DNA of 64,000 bases from Treponemataceae bacterium (lineage in GTDB: Bacteria; Spirochaetota; Spirochaetia; Treponematales; Rectinemataceae), in NCBI GenBank assembly GCA_963667725.2, contig CAXXHO010000007.1, positions 1 through 64,000 on the forward strand, written 5' to 3'. Below, one piece after another: positions 30,568-40,183 of this stretch (its first letter is position 1; each line of letters starts with the position of its first letter). Position numbers and translations under genes: made by a program. The notes below the pieces were generated by a model, which worked only from the letters and a program-made list of their open reading frames with translations, was not told the origin of the DNA and ran no database searches.

Positions 30568-30972
30568 GTGATCAAATACCTTGCGACGAACGACGCCAAG
30601 TGCGTCGGGTGCATGACCTGCGCCTCTGTCTGCTCAAAGCTCTATTTCAAGGAAGACAACCCCGCTAAGTCCTGCATCCAAGTCAACGAAGCCGCCGGTG
30701 GCGCCTTCCATCTTGTGGCTTGCGACCAAGAGTGCATGGCCTGCGTCCGCGAATGCCCCACCCGGGCGATTTCCCGAAACAAGGCGGGCGCCATCGTCAT
30801 CGACAAAAAACGCTGCGTGGGCTGCTTGGCCTGCGTCGCGGTCTGTCCCATCGGCGCCATGCGCTGGTTCCCCGGCTACCCGACGACTTTCAAGTGCATC
30901 GCCTGCGGCGCCTGCGCCCGGGCCTGCCCCAAGGGAGCCCTCGAAATCCTCGCCAAGGAGGCGGCCGAATGA
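30568..30972 (+). CDS. 4Fe-4S dicluster ferredoxin
   Basis: Repeated CxxCxxCxxxC(P) motifs; overlaps AOR start. Confidence 0.88.
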   Translation: MIKYLATNDAKCVGCMTCASVCSKLYFKEDNPAKSCIQVNEAAGGAFHLVACDQECMACVRECPTRAISRNKAGAIVIDKKRCVGCLACVAVCPIGAMRWFPGYPTTFKCIACGACARACPKGALEILAKEAAE

Positions 30973-33182
30973 CCCTGACCATGAACGACCTCAAGCGGAT
31001 CGCCCGATGGGATTTCGAAAAACGCCCGCTCAAGCGCGGCTACAACAATCGCACCCTCGCCCTGGATGTCGGGGCAGCTTCGGGCGGCTGTCCCGGCATA
31101 TCGGCCGCGGCCTCGGCCGAGGGATCGACGACGCCCGGCTTCCTGGAGAAGCCCGTCAGCGCCGAAATGAAGAAACGCTTCGTCGGAGGCAAGGGCTTCG
31201 GCCTCAGACTCCTCTGGGACGGAACGAAACCTTCCACCAAGTGGGACGACCCCGAAAACGAAATCGTCATCGCCATGGGCCCGGTCTGCGGCAACACCAA
31301 CTATCCCGGATCGGGGAAGAGCCTCGTCGTCAGCCTCTCGCCCATGACAGGCATCCCCATCGACTCGAACGTGGGCGGATACTTCGGCCCCTTCCTCAAA
31401 TTCTCCGGCTTCGACGCCCTCGAGCTGACTGGCAAGGCCGACCGCGACGTCATCGTCTTCATCGACGGCGACGCCGGCACCATCGAACTCTACGAATCGC
31501 CCGAAGGCCTCGAGTCGGACACCCACATCCTCGCCGAAAAGCTCACCCACGCCTTCGCCGCGACGCAGGACGAGGCCGACCTCGCCGCCGTCTCCGTCGT
31601 GTCGGCGGGGCGGGGCGCCGAGCACACCGTACTCGGCCTCCTCAACTTCAGCCTCTACGATCGCAGGCGCAAAGGCTGCCGCGTCAAACAGGCCGGCCGC
31701 GGCGGCATCGGCACGGTCTTCCGCGACAAGAAGATCAAAGCCCTCGTCTGCCGCTTCTCCTCGCTCGCGCAGGACTCCAACGGCGCCGCCGACCCGGCGG
31801 CCGTCCAACGTCTCGGCCTCAAGCTCCACCGCGAGATCGTCAAGGAGGACGACAAGCAGTGCAAGATGCGCCGCATCGGCACCGCCCACCTCATGGAGGT
31901 CATGAACGACTACGACCTCCTGCCCGTGCAGAACCACCGCTACGGCCAGGATCCGCGCGGCCCCGAGCTCGCGTCCTGGGTCTGGGAAAAACTCTTCTCC
32001 CAGGGCCTCCCCGACGGCTGCTGGTACGGCTGCACCCTCGCCTGCGCCCACGCCGTGGACAAGTTCGAGCTCAAGACCGGCCCCTACGCCGGCCAGAAAG
32101 TCTGCGTGGACGGCCCCGAGTACGAGACCGCCGCCGGCTGCGGCTCCAACCTCGCCGTCTGGGATCCCGAGGGCGTACTCGAGATCAACTTCTATTGCGA
32201 CACCTACGGCATCGACACGATCAGCGTCGGCACCATCTCCAGCTTCCTCATGGAGTGCTGGGAGTACGGCATCCTCAACGACGCCCGCACCGGCGGCATC
32301 GACCTCGGCTGGGGCAACTGGAGATCCGTCTGCGAGCTCATGCACCAGATGGCGGAAGGGCGCGGCTTCGGCATGCTCGTCGGCCGCGGCGTGCGGTTCC
32401 TGGCCGACTACTTCGTCCAGCAGTACGGCGCCGATCCCCGGCTGATGAAGGACATCGCCCTCCACGGCAAGGGCCTCGAGCAGAGCGAGTACATCTCCAA
32501 GGAATCCCTCGCGCAGCAGGGCGGCTACTACCTCACCAACAAGGGCCCCCAGCACGACGAAGCCTGGCTCATCTTCATGGACATGGTGAACAACCGCATC
32601 CCCACCTTCGAGGACAAGGCCGAGGCGCTGCACTACTTCCCGATGTTCCGCACCTGGTTCGGGCTCCAGGGCATCTGCAAGCTGCCCTGGAACGACATCG
32701 AGCCCTCCGACAACGCCCGCTGGTCCGAGCCCAACAAGGTGCCCGAGCACGTGGACAACTATCGCCAGCTCTACACGGCCATCACCGGCGAGACCCTCTC
32801 CTGGCCCGAGCTCATCGTCCAGTCGGAACGGGTCTACAACTTCCAGCGCGTCTTCAACCTGCGCTGCGGTCACGGCAAGCGCGTCGACGACTATCCGCCC
32901 TACCGCGCCATGGGCCCCGTCACCGAAAAGGAATACCTCTCCCGCCAGGAGCGCTACGACAAGCAGCTCCGCGAGAAGGCCGGGCTCGATCCGGCATCGA
33001 TGACGCTGGAGGCCAAGGTGGCGGCCACGCGCGAATACCGCGAGGCTCAGTACGAAAGCCTCGTGGATGCCGTCTTCAAGCGCCGCGGCTGGACGAACGA
33101 CGGCGTGCCGACTCCCGAACACCTCGCGGCCATCGGCATCGACCTCCCCGAGGTCCTCGAGGTCGTCCGCCAGCACCTGTAG
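30969..33182 (+). CDS. aor: Aldehyde:ferredoxin oxidoreductase (W/Mo-pterin family)
   Basis: FVGGKGFG, DSNVGGYFG, AGRGGIG, GCWYGC, GPEYET, CDTYGIDTIS, RGWTNDGVP. Confidence 0.88.
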   Translation: MTLTMNDLKRIARWDFEKRPLKRGYNNRTLALDVGAASGGCPGISAAASAEGSTTPGFLEKPVSAEMKKRFVGGKGFGLRLLWDGTKPSTKWDDPENEIVIAMGPVCGNTNYPGSGKSLVVSLSPMTGIPIDSNVGGYFGPFLKFSGFDALELTGKADRDVIVFIDGDAGTIELYESPEGLESDTHILAEKLTHAFAATQDEADLAAVSVVSAGRGAEHTVLGLLNFSLYDRRRKGCRVKQAGRGGIGTVFRDKKIKALVCRFSSLAQDSNGAADPAAVQRLGLKLHREIVKEDDKQCKMRRIGTAHLMEVMNDYDLLPVQNHRYGQDPRGPELASWVWEKLFSQGLPDGCWYGCTLACAHAVDKFELKTGPYAGQKVCVDGPEYETAAGCGSNLAVWDPEGVLEINFYCDTYGIDTISVGTISSFLMECWEYGILNDARTGGIDLGWGNWRSVCELMHQMAEGRGFGMLVGRGVRFLADYFVQQYGADPRLMKDIALHGKGLEQSEYISKESLAQQGGYYLTNKGPQHDEAWLIFMDMVNNRIPTFEDKAEALHYFPMFRTWFGLQGICKLPWNDIEPSDNARWSEPNKVPEHVDNYRQLYTAITGETLSWPELIVQSERVYNFQRVFNLRCGHGKRVDDYPPYRAMGPVTEKEYLSRQERYDKQLREKAGLDPASMTLEAKVAATREYREAQYESLVDAVFKRRGWTNDGVPTPEHLAAIGIDLPEVLEVVRQHL

Positions 33183-33245
33183 GCGCCGCGGCGGGCCGTG
33201 GCGCGCTGTCCCCCGCGCACCACGGCCCTGTTCCTCCGACCTCGC

Positions 33246-33305
33246 GGCAAAGGAGTGGGCGCGGCCTGCCGGCCGCGCCCACTCCTTTGCCCCTCCACTT
33301 TTTTT
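33246..33305 (+). terminator. 21-bp perfect hairpin, probable terminator
   Basis: GGCAAAGGAGTGGGCGCGGCC-TGCC-GGCCGCGCCCACTCCTTTGCC then T-rich tract. Confidence 0.65.
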
Positions 33306-33375
33306 GTATTTTTTACCGCAGCCTCCGTCCAGCTTTCTTGAGCATCGCCGGCCTATCTCGGTATAGTGGAAGCAC

Positions 33376-34740
33376 ATGAAGCTCAGCCCCCTGTATCGCA
33401 ACGTCCTGGTCATCGCCGCGCCCGCCGTCGTCGAACTCGTCCTCACCTCGGCCACCGCCCTCGCGGACACGATCATGGTGGGCCAGCTCGGCGCCTACGC
33501 CATCTCGGCGGTCGGACTCACCAACCAGCCCCGCCTGATCATGCTCGCCACCTTCGTCGCCCTCAACGTCGGCACCACCGCCCTCGTCGCCCGCTTCAAG
33601 GGCCAGAAAAACAAGGAAGAAGCGGGCATCGTCACCACCCAGTCGATCCTCCTCACCCTCCTCCTGGGCTTTCTCCTCACTATCCCCGGCGTCATCTTCG
33701 CCCGGCCGATGGTCAAGTTCATGGGCGCCGGCCCCGACACCGTCGAGGCGGGCACCATCTATTTCCAGATACTGATGCTCGGCTTCATTCCAACCGTCCT
33801 GCCGATCTCCATCTCGGCCCTCCTGCGGGGCGTCGGCGACACCAAGCTCTCCATGCGCTACAACCTCACCGCCAACCTCGTGAACATCTTCTTCAACTAT
33901 CTCCTCATCTACGGCAAGTTCGGTTTCCCGCGCCTCGGAGTCGCCGGCGCCGCCATCGCCACCGTCATCGGCAATACCGTCGGGTGCGCCATGGCCTTCT
34001 GGGCCATCCTCGGCAGGCCATTCCGCAAGCCGGGCAAGGCGGCCTCCGAATTCATCGAGCTCCACTTCAGCCGCGCCAACGTCAAGCCGGATTTCGCGAT
34101 GCTCAAGCGGATATTCCGGATCGGCCTCCCCTCGGCGGGCGAACAAGTGGCCCTCCGCCTCGGGCTCCTGCTCTACACGCTCTCCGTGACCGCGCTCGGC
34201 ACCGACGTGTTTGCCGCGCACCAGATCGTGCTCACGATCCTCAACCTATCCTTCGTGAACGGCCAAGCCTTCGGCATCGCCGCCACCAGCCTCACCGGCC
34301 AGGCTCTCGGCCGCGGCGACCCCCATGGGGCCAAGACCGCATCCGCCGCCTGCCAGCGCGTGGGCGCCCTCATCTCGACGCTGATGGGCCTCGTCATGTT
34401 CGTATTCCGCCGCCAGCTGATCGGCTCCTTCACCCAGGAAGCGATCATCATCGAACTCGGGGCGAGCGTGATGATCCTCGCCGCGATCAACCAGCCCTTC
34501 TCGTCCTCCTTCCAGATCTACTCGGGCGCGCTCCGCGGCGCCGGCGACTCCCTCTATCCGGCCCTGTCCATGGCGATCGGCACGCTCGGCATCAGGCCCT
34601 TCCTGGCCGTCATCCTCATCAAGTTCTTCTCGCTCGGGCTCTTCGGCGCCTGGCTCGCCCTCATGACGGACGTCATCGCGCGCTTCTTCCTCATCGCCAT
34701 CCGGTACCGGAGAGGACGCTGGGTGCACATCACCGTCTAG
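33376..34740 (+). CDS. MATE-family efflux transporter
   Basis: DTIMVGQLG, LRGVGDTK, GVAGAAIAT, LRGAGD. Confidence 0.92.
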   Translation: MKLSPLYRNVLVIAAPAVVELVLTSATALADTIMVGQLGAYAISAVGLTNQPRLIMLATFVALNVGTTALVARFKGQKNKEEAGIVTTQSILLTLLLGFLLTIPGVIFARPMVKFMGAGPDTVEAGTIYFQILMLGFIPTVLPISISALLRGVGDTKLSMRYNLTANLVNIFFNYLLIYGKFGFPRLGVAGAAIATVIGNTVGCAMAFWAILGRPFRKPGKAASEFIELHFSRANVKPDFAMLKRIFRIGLPSAGEQVALRLGLLLYTLSVTALGTDVFAAHQIVLTILNLSFVNGQAFGIAATSLTGQALGRGDPHGAKTASAACQRVGALISTLMGLVMFVFRRQLIGSFTQEAIIIELGASVMILAAINQPFSSSFQIYSGALRGAGDSLYPALSMAIGTLGIRPFLAVILIKFFSLGLFGAWLALMTDVIARFFLIAIRYRRGRWVHITV

Positions 34741-34850
34741 CGCCCCCGCATCAGGGCGCGGTCTCCCGCCGCCCGTCGACCATCCCAAAGCCCCGCCCGC
34801 GGCGAAAACGAACGCTTGCGCCGCCCTCCGCCAACAGGTATCATTCAGCC

Positions 34851-35201
34851 ATGAAACGGAAGCTTAGCGAGGATGACTGCAGGACGGCGATGCGCGACGG
34901 GGAGTTCCCCTCCGCGCTGCGCGGTTCCGCGCCATGCGTCGCGGTCGTTCTCACGCAGAGCTGGTGCCCGCAATGGCTTTGGATGAAGTCCTACCTGGGA
35001 TCCATCGCCGAGGAAGAAGGCGTCGACGTTTATTGGATCGAATACGACCGCGAGGCCTTCTTCGACGAGTTTCGCGCCTTCAAGGAAGACTCCTTCGGAA
35101 ACTATGAAATTCCTTACGTGCGCTACTACCGCGACGGGATATTGGCTCGAGAGAGCAACTATATCGACAAGGGTGGCTTTCTCCGCTGCCTGAAACGCTA
35201 G
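34851..35201 (+). CDS. Small thioredoxin-fold-like protein (single Cys)
   Basis: VVLTQSWCPQW and IPY motifs. Confidence 0.6.
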   Translation: MKRKLSEDDCRTAMRDGEFPSALRGSAPCVAVVLTQSWCPQWLWMKSYLGSIAEEEGVDVYWIEYDREAFFDEFRAFKEDSFGNYEIPYVRYYRDGILARESNYIDKGGFLRCLKR

Positions 35202-35265
35202 CGGACCGGGGCGAAGCCTGTCGGGACGGCGTACCCAGCCAGGCTCCGCCGCCTTAGGAGGGACA

Positions 35266-36453
35266 ATGAAGCATGCAGGAAAGCGGATCTGGTTCAATAT
35301 CGCAGCCCGGGCGCTCACCATCCTGCCGCAGAAAGTCCCGACCCTGCTGACGGGCGCGGGCAGCCTCAAGCTAATCCCCTCCGAGCTCGAAGTGCTCGGC
35401 GCCAAAAAGCCCCTCATCGTCACCGACGCCGTCCTCGTAAAAACCGGGGTCGCCGCACGCGTGGCCGAGATACTCTCCGGAGCTGGCATTCCCTTTGCCG
35501 TATTTGACCAAATCCTTCCCGATCCCACCTACGAAATCTGCTCGCAGGGCCTCGCGGCCCTGCGAGCGAACGCCTGCGACGCGGTGATCGCCCTAGGCGG
35601 CGGCTCCGTGATCGACGCTGCCAAGCTCATCCGCATGGGCGCCACGCATCGCAAGAGCGTCGCCAAATTCGTCGGCCTGCTTCCCTTCCGCAACGGCGGG
35701 CTCCCCTTCATCTGCGTCCCCTCCACGGCGGGCACCGGCAGCGAGGCTACGGCCGCCGCCGTCATCACCGACGCGGCGCGCCACCGCAAGCAGACCATCC
35801 TCGACCCGCGGCTGCCCCCCAACACCGCGATCCTCGATCCCCTCATCACCACAGGCCTGCCGCCCGCCATGACCGCCGCCACCGGCATGGACGCCCTCAC
35901 GCACGCCGTCGAAGCGTATACGAACACCCTCCATTACTCCGACGTCGACGTCCAGGCGATCGAGGCGGTGCGGCTCATCTTCTCCAACCTGCGCGCCGCC
36001 TGTGCCGACGGCGGCAAGATCGAGGCCCGCGAAGCCATGCTCAGGGCCTCACACCTAGCCGGGCGCGCCTTCACCCGCGGATTCGTCGGCTACGTCCACG
36101 CGGTCGCGCATCGCTTCGGCGAACGCTACCACGTGCCGCACGGCCTCGCGAACGCCATCGCCCTGCCGTATTTCCTCGACCTCTACCGCGAGGCCTGCCC
36201 CGAACGCCTCGCCGACCTGGCCGCCGCCGCCGGCCTTCGCGACCGCGCCTCGGCCGCTCAAGCCTTCGTCGACGCGGTCCGCTCGCTCGCCGCGGACATC
36301 GGCATCCCCGCAAAGGCGACATTCCTCGCCGCGGGCGACATCCCCGCCATCGCCGCCGCCGCGCTCAAGGAGGCTCACGGCACGCCCTATCCCGTGCCCA
36401 TCGTCCTCGACGCCCCCGCGATCGAAGCCGTCATTCGCGCAATGCTGGCCTGA
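35266..36453 (+). CDS. Iron-containing alcohol dehydrogenase
   Basis: GGGSVIDAAK, GTGSE, DALTHAVE, HGLAN. Confidence 0.9.
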   Translation: MKHAGKRIWFNIAARALTILPQKVPTLLTGAGSLKLIPSELEVLGAKKPLIVTDAVLVKTGVAARVAEILSGAGIPFAVFDQILPDPTYEICSQGLAALRANACDAVIALGGGSVIDAAKLIRMGATHRKSVAKFVGLLPFRNGGLPFICVPSTAGTGSEATAAAVITDAARHRKQTILDPRLPPNTAILDPLITTGLPPAMTAATGMDALTHAVEAYTNTLHYSDVDVQAIEAVRLIFSNLRAACADGGKIEAREAMLRASHLAGRAFTRGFVGYVHAVAHRFGERYHVPHGLANAIALPYFLDLYREACPERLADLAAAAGLRDRASAAQAFVDAVRSLAADIGIPAKATFLAAGDIPAIAAAALKEAHGTPYPVPIVLDAPAIEAVIRAMLA

Positions 36454-36497
36454 AGCGCCGCCGTCGCGATGGCCGCTATAGCTAATCCAATTCGCAA

Positions 36498-36525
36498 TTG
36501 ACTTCCCCATCAATGAGGGTATGAT
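36498..36525 (+). promoter_or_regulatory. Candidate sigma70 promoter upstream of intI
   Basis: TTGACT-N16-TATGAT. Confidence 0.5.
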
Positions 36526-36699
36526 AAACACTGCGTTCAGAATGATCACAAAAGGTACGATCCGGCCCTTTTATTCTGTTTCGGCGAAGAAAGGAGCCGC
36601 GCACCGCCATACTCCCCGCTGAAGCCGACGCGCGCATTCCTCGCGTAATAGTCATATCCTTGTCCTTCCCCTGCAGGACCTCGCTGAGGAGATTGACCT

Positions 36700-37992
36700 A
36701 TGAATGTGTCCGTGTCGGCAGATGGAGACCTGTGGTTCGCCATATCGATGGAATATGACGAAGACATCGTCGCAGCCTTCAAGCGGATTCCCTGGCATCG
36801 ATGGGATCCCGATCGGAAGCTGTGGCTCTTCCCCAAAACGAAAGCCTCCCTCGACTTGGCGCGCGCGGCGCTGGACGACTCTGGACACCATATCTCTTCG
36901 CAGATCGATGCGCTGATGCCGGCTGGAGGCAAGCCGCCCGCCTTGATGCAGCCTCCCAGGAAGCTGGGTCCCGCGGACTTCTTTGAGGACGATTCGCAGC
37001 CTCTTGAGCCCTATAAGCCCGCGGCGCCCGATCAAAGCTCTCCATACATGCGGCGCTACCTGACTGCCCTGTGCGCTCGGCATTACAGCGATAGGACGAA
37101 GGAATCCTACTCGAAATGGCTGGCGCGGTTCATCGCCGCCAATAAAGGAAAAAACCCCGCCGCGATGGGCGGCCCCGATATAAACGCTTTTCTCAGCCAC
37201 CTGGCTGCCTGCGAAAACGTCAGCGCGTCGACGCAGAACCAAGCCCTTGCGGCGCTGCTATTCTTCTTTCGCAACATAATGAACAACCCCGTCGGCGACG
37301 TCGGCGAGGTTATCCGCGCTAAAAAGCCGAAGCGGCTCCCGGTCGTCATGAGCCGTCAGGAAGTCCGCGCAGTTCTTTCGGCGCTTTCGAGCGATAAATG
37401 GCTCATCGCATCGCTCATGTATGGCACAGGCCTTCGGCTCATGGAGTGCCTCGACCTTCGCGTACAGGATATCGACTTTGCGCAGAACGAAATCATTGTG
37501 CGCAACGGAAAAGGCGGCAAGGATCGGCGCACCATGCTTCCCGGGACGCTAAAGACCTCGCTGCAGGAACACCTCATCGCCGTAAAAGCCATTCACAACA
37601 AAGACCTCGCCGAAGGCTGGGGCCGCGTTCCCGTTCCGGAGGCTCTCGGGAAAAAATATCCCAACGCCGCATCCGAATGGGCATGGCAGTGGATATTCCC
37701 GCAGGAGCGGCGATGGAAGGATCCCCGCACCGGCAATCAAGGCCGCCATCACATGGACCCGAGCATCCTTCAAACAGCGGTTCATGAGGCGGTTATCAAA
37801 TCAGGCATCGCAAAGCGCGCGAGCTGCCACACGTTCCGGCATTCCTTCGCCACGCACCTGCTTGAAAATGGTTACGATATTCGCACGGTGCAAGAGCTTC
37901 TCGGCCACAGCGACGTAAAGACGACAATGATCTACACACATGTTCTGAACCGAGGCCCCAACGGCGTCCGCAGCCCCGCCGACGGCCTCTAG
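36700..37992 (+). CDS. intI: Integron integrase with ~110-aa N-terminal extension
   Basis: [25 protein letters not shown], IntI-specific insert [48 protein letters not shown]. Confidence 0.97.
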   Translation: MNVSVSADGDLWFAISMEYDEDIVAAFKRIPWHRWDPDRKLWLFPKTKASLDLARAALDDSGHHISSQIDALMPAGGKPPALMQPPRKLGPADFFEDDSQPLEPYKPAAPDQSSPYMRRYLTALCARHYSDRTKESYSKWLARFIAANKGKNPAAMGGPDINAFLSHLAACENVSASTQNQALAALLFFFRNIMNNPVGDVGEVIRAKKPKRLPVVMSRQEVRAVLSALSSDKWLIASLMYGTGLRLMECLDLRVQDIDFAQNEIIVRNGKGGKDRRTMLPGTLKTSLQEHLIAVKAIHNKDLAEGWGRVPVPEALGKKYPNAASEWAWQWIFPQERRWKDPRTGNQGRHHMDPSILQTAVHEAVIKSGIAKRASCHTFRHSFATHLLENGYDIRTVQELLGHSDVKTTMIYTHVLNRGPNGVRSPADGL

Positions 37993-38139
37993 TTTGTCAA
38001 AAATTTACAGCGTCCCTGTCGAAAATCCTTACTAGTTGTATATGGTAATTTATATTTGTATGCCCCAAAAATACTTAACAATTCATCTCCATTTATCCTC
38101 GCTCTTATGTGGTTCAGTCTTCAATTAAACCTCTTCTCT

Positions 38140-38167
38140 TTATTGAACTGTCCAATAAATGTTAGAA
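38140..38167 (+). other. Probable attI site (crossover G|TT at 38161/38162)
   Basis: First cassette begins GTTAGAA here with no attC upstream; left limit uncertain. Confidence 0.65.
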
Positions 38168-38269
38168 CGACCTCATTCTATTGACTAGAGCCTTGCATAA
38201 TCTTGTTGCAGAATACTAAGCAACATTGCATGGCCATCATAAGAAAGATCATTTTTACATTACTGGACG

Positions 38270-38495
38270 GAAAAAAGTCTTGAGATGCCGCTCCAAGAAG
38301 CGCGCATTGGGCTTCTTGGAAAGTGGCGGCTAAGAGCTTCGCTGTAGGCAGTTCATCGGTCCCACCGCAGAAGCCTTATTGCTGTGAATAAAGATCAGTG
38401 ATTCGCAGAGAGCTGCCCACAGCGAAACGAAGAGGCCGCAAAGATCAAATAAGTAATAGCGCGCGAAGAGGAGCGGCAGAAGAGCGACTTTTTTC
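38270..38495 (+). ncRNA. Putative structured ncRNA in gene-less cassette 1 (38162-38698)
   Basis: Six nested helices found by eye; no conserved ORF; transcription unproven. Confidence 0.55.
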
Positions 38496-38579
38496 GCATT
38501 CAGAGTTGGCGAAGAGGCTCGCCAAGATTCAATATTGTGATGTTATCTTAGTGGCAGTTAGTAGCGCTAAAGTTGGCGA

Positions 38580-38704
38580 TTCTAACAACTGCTTCAACCT
38601 TATAAATCCTTTGTCATGGTTTGTGCAGGAACAACAATGCACAAACCACGCCAAGCCTTCACTAGCGCTCAGGCGCGGATTTAAAGGTTAAGCTAATGTT
38701 AGAA
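38580..38704 (+). repeat. attC 1
   Basis: TTCTAAC...GCTTCAACC...GGTTAAGC...GTTAGAA. Confidence 0.92.
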
Positions 38705-38806
38705 CGGCCTCATTCTATTGACCAGAGCCTTGCACGATCTTGTTGTAGAATACTAAACGAAATTGCACGGTCATCATAAGAAAGATTATTTTTACATTAC
38801 TGGACG

Positions 38807-39032
38807 GAAAAAAGTCTAGAGATGCCGCTCCAAGAAACGCGCATTGGGCTTCTTGGTAAGTGGCGGCTAAGAGCTTCGCTGTAGGCAGTTCATCGGTCCC
38901 ACCGCAGAAGCCTTATTGCTGGGAATAAAAACCAGTGATTCGCAGAGAGCTGCCCACAGCGAAGCGAAGAGGCCGCAAAGGGAAAAAGTAAAATAGCGCG
39001 CGAAGAGGAGCGGCAGAAGAGCGACTTTTTTC
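38807..39032 (+). ncRNA. Putative structured ncRNA in gene-less cassette 2 (38699-39235)
   Basis: Second copy with helices retained. Confidence 0.55.
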
Positions 39033-39116
39033 GCATTCCGAGTTGGCGAAGAGGCTCGCCACGATTACATAATGTGATTATATCTTTGTGGCGGTTAATA
39101 GCGCTAAAGCTGGCGA

Positions 39117-39241
39117 TTCTAACAAAAGCTTCAACCTTGTAAATCCTTTGGCATGGTTTGTGCAAGAACAACAATGCACAAACCACGCCAAGCCTGAGCT
39201 AGCGCTCAGGCGCGGATTTAAAGGTTAAGCAAATGTTAGAT
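39117..39241 (+). repeat. attC 2
   Basis: TTCTAAC...GTTAGAT. Confidence 0.92.
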
Positions 39242-39269
39242 TGACGCTTCGCGCAGAGGAGAAGAACAT

Positions 39270-39965
39270 ATGTTGAGTGACATTTCTAGCTTAAAATTGA
39301 ACCCGATTAGCAAATATGAGTTCGAGCGCCTACTTAAAGTTAATATGCCAGAATTATTGGATAGGTTTTCACAATCAAAAGATCTAATAATTAAAATGGC
39401 AGATATCGTGCTTGAGACTGTTGCGCATGCAGAATTTCAGGTTAAAAAAGAGGAACATGTTAATGAATGGTCAAGTATAATCAAAATATGGAATGTAATT
39501 GGATTCGTATTATTAGCATCGCTTGATCTGAAAATATATTTAGAGTTAATGTGTATGTCAAAAGATAATATGCAAAAGATAGCTATAACTAGAATGGTTT
39601 ATACTCAACTATATGAAATTGCCAAAAATTTAGACGATTTAACTAATATCAGGTTTGTTGAAGAAATGAAAAAAATAAATGCTAATCAATATATAGCTGA
39701 ACTATATGAAAAAAGAAAAATGCTTTCTGATTTAAAAAGGAGATATGAAAAAGACTTATTTAGTGTAAGAGTCAACATAGGAGCACATAGAGAAAAAAAC
39801 TATCAAGTTTTTCATCAGTATTTATGTAGTATGGACTATACTGCTTCAATTCAACTAGTATTTATGTTTAATGAAGTAATCGATGCATTAGGAGAGACTC
39901 TTCAAAAAATAATGAATCAATCAGTGGGATTTATTAAAGATACATATAATGGAAAAGAAATCTAA
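39270..39965 (+). CDS. Cassette 3: hypothetical protein with HEPN-like R-X5-H motif
   Basis: Helical-looking sequence, RVNIGAH; stop codon inside attC R''. Confidence 0.7.
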   Translation: MLSDISSLKLNPISKYEFERLLKVNMPELLDRFSQSKDLIIKMADIVLETVAHAEFQVKKEEHVNEWSSIIKIWNVIGFVLLASLDLKIYLELMCMSKDNMQKIAITRMVYTQLYEIAKNLDDLTNIRFVEEMKKINANQYIAELYEKRKMLSDLKRRYEKDLFSVRVNIGAHREKNYQVFHQYLCSMDYTASIQLVFMFNEVIDALGETLQKIMNQSVGFIKDTYNGKEI

Positions 39966-40083
39966 CAAATGCTTCAACCTTGTAAATCCTTTGTCATGGT
40001 TTGTGCAAGAACTCCCTTGCACAAACCATGACAAGCCTTCGCTTTGCTCAGGCGCGGATTTAAAGGTTAAGCTAATGTTAGGC
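39960..40083 (+). repeat. attC 3
   Basis: ATCTAAC...GTTAGGC. Confidence 0.92.
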
Positions 40084-40183
40084 AGACGCCTTCGGCGCCC
40101 GGGGCAAAGTTGAAATCGTATAAGTACCAAGGTCAAAAAAAATGTGCCTTGTATTTATAGAGTGCATAAGTAGCGAGAATAGA

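Noticed and set aside
145..36450. Many long overlapping or antisense ORFs in the GC-rich half (e.g. 10217-12643, 20854-22716, 30698-33379, 30876-33476)
   Set aside because: Shadow frames typical of high-GC coding DNA; low-complexity translations overlapping well-supported genes
36526..36538. Possible LexA box upstream of intI (AAAC-N5-GTTC)
   Set aside because: Spacing fits neither GAAC-N4-GTTC nor CTGT-N8-ACAG; SOS control is unsupported
38398..38691. 97-aa ORF in gene-less cassette 1, and antisense ORFs 38890-39186, 42801-43121, 42953-43147
   Set aside because: Frames are not conserved among copies (copies 2 and 3 stop after 18 codons); some start or end within attC; no RBS
38162..39235. 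Retron, group II intron, tRNA or SRP identity for the structured cassette
   Set aside because: No reverse transcriptase in the window and no recognisable hallmarks by eye; an Rfam search is still needed
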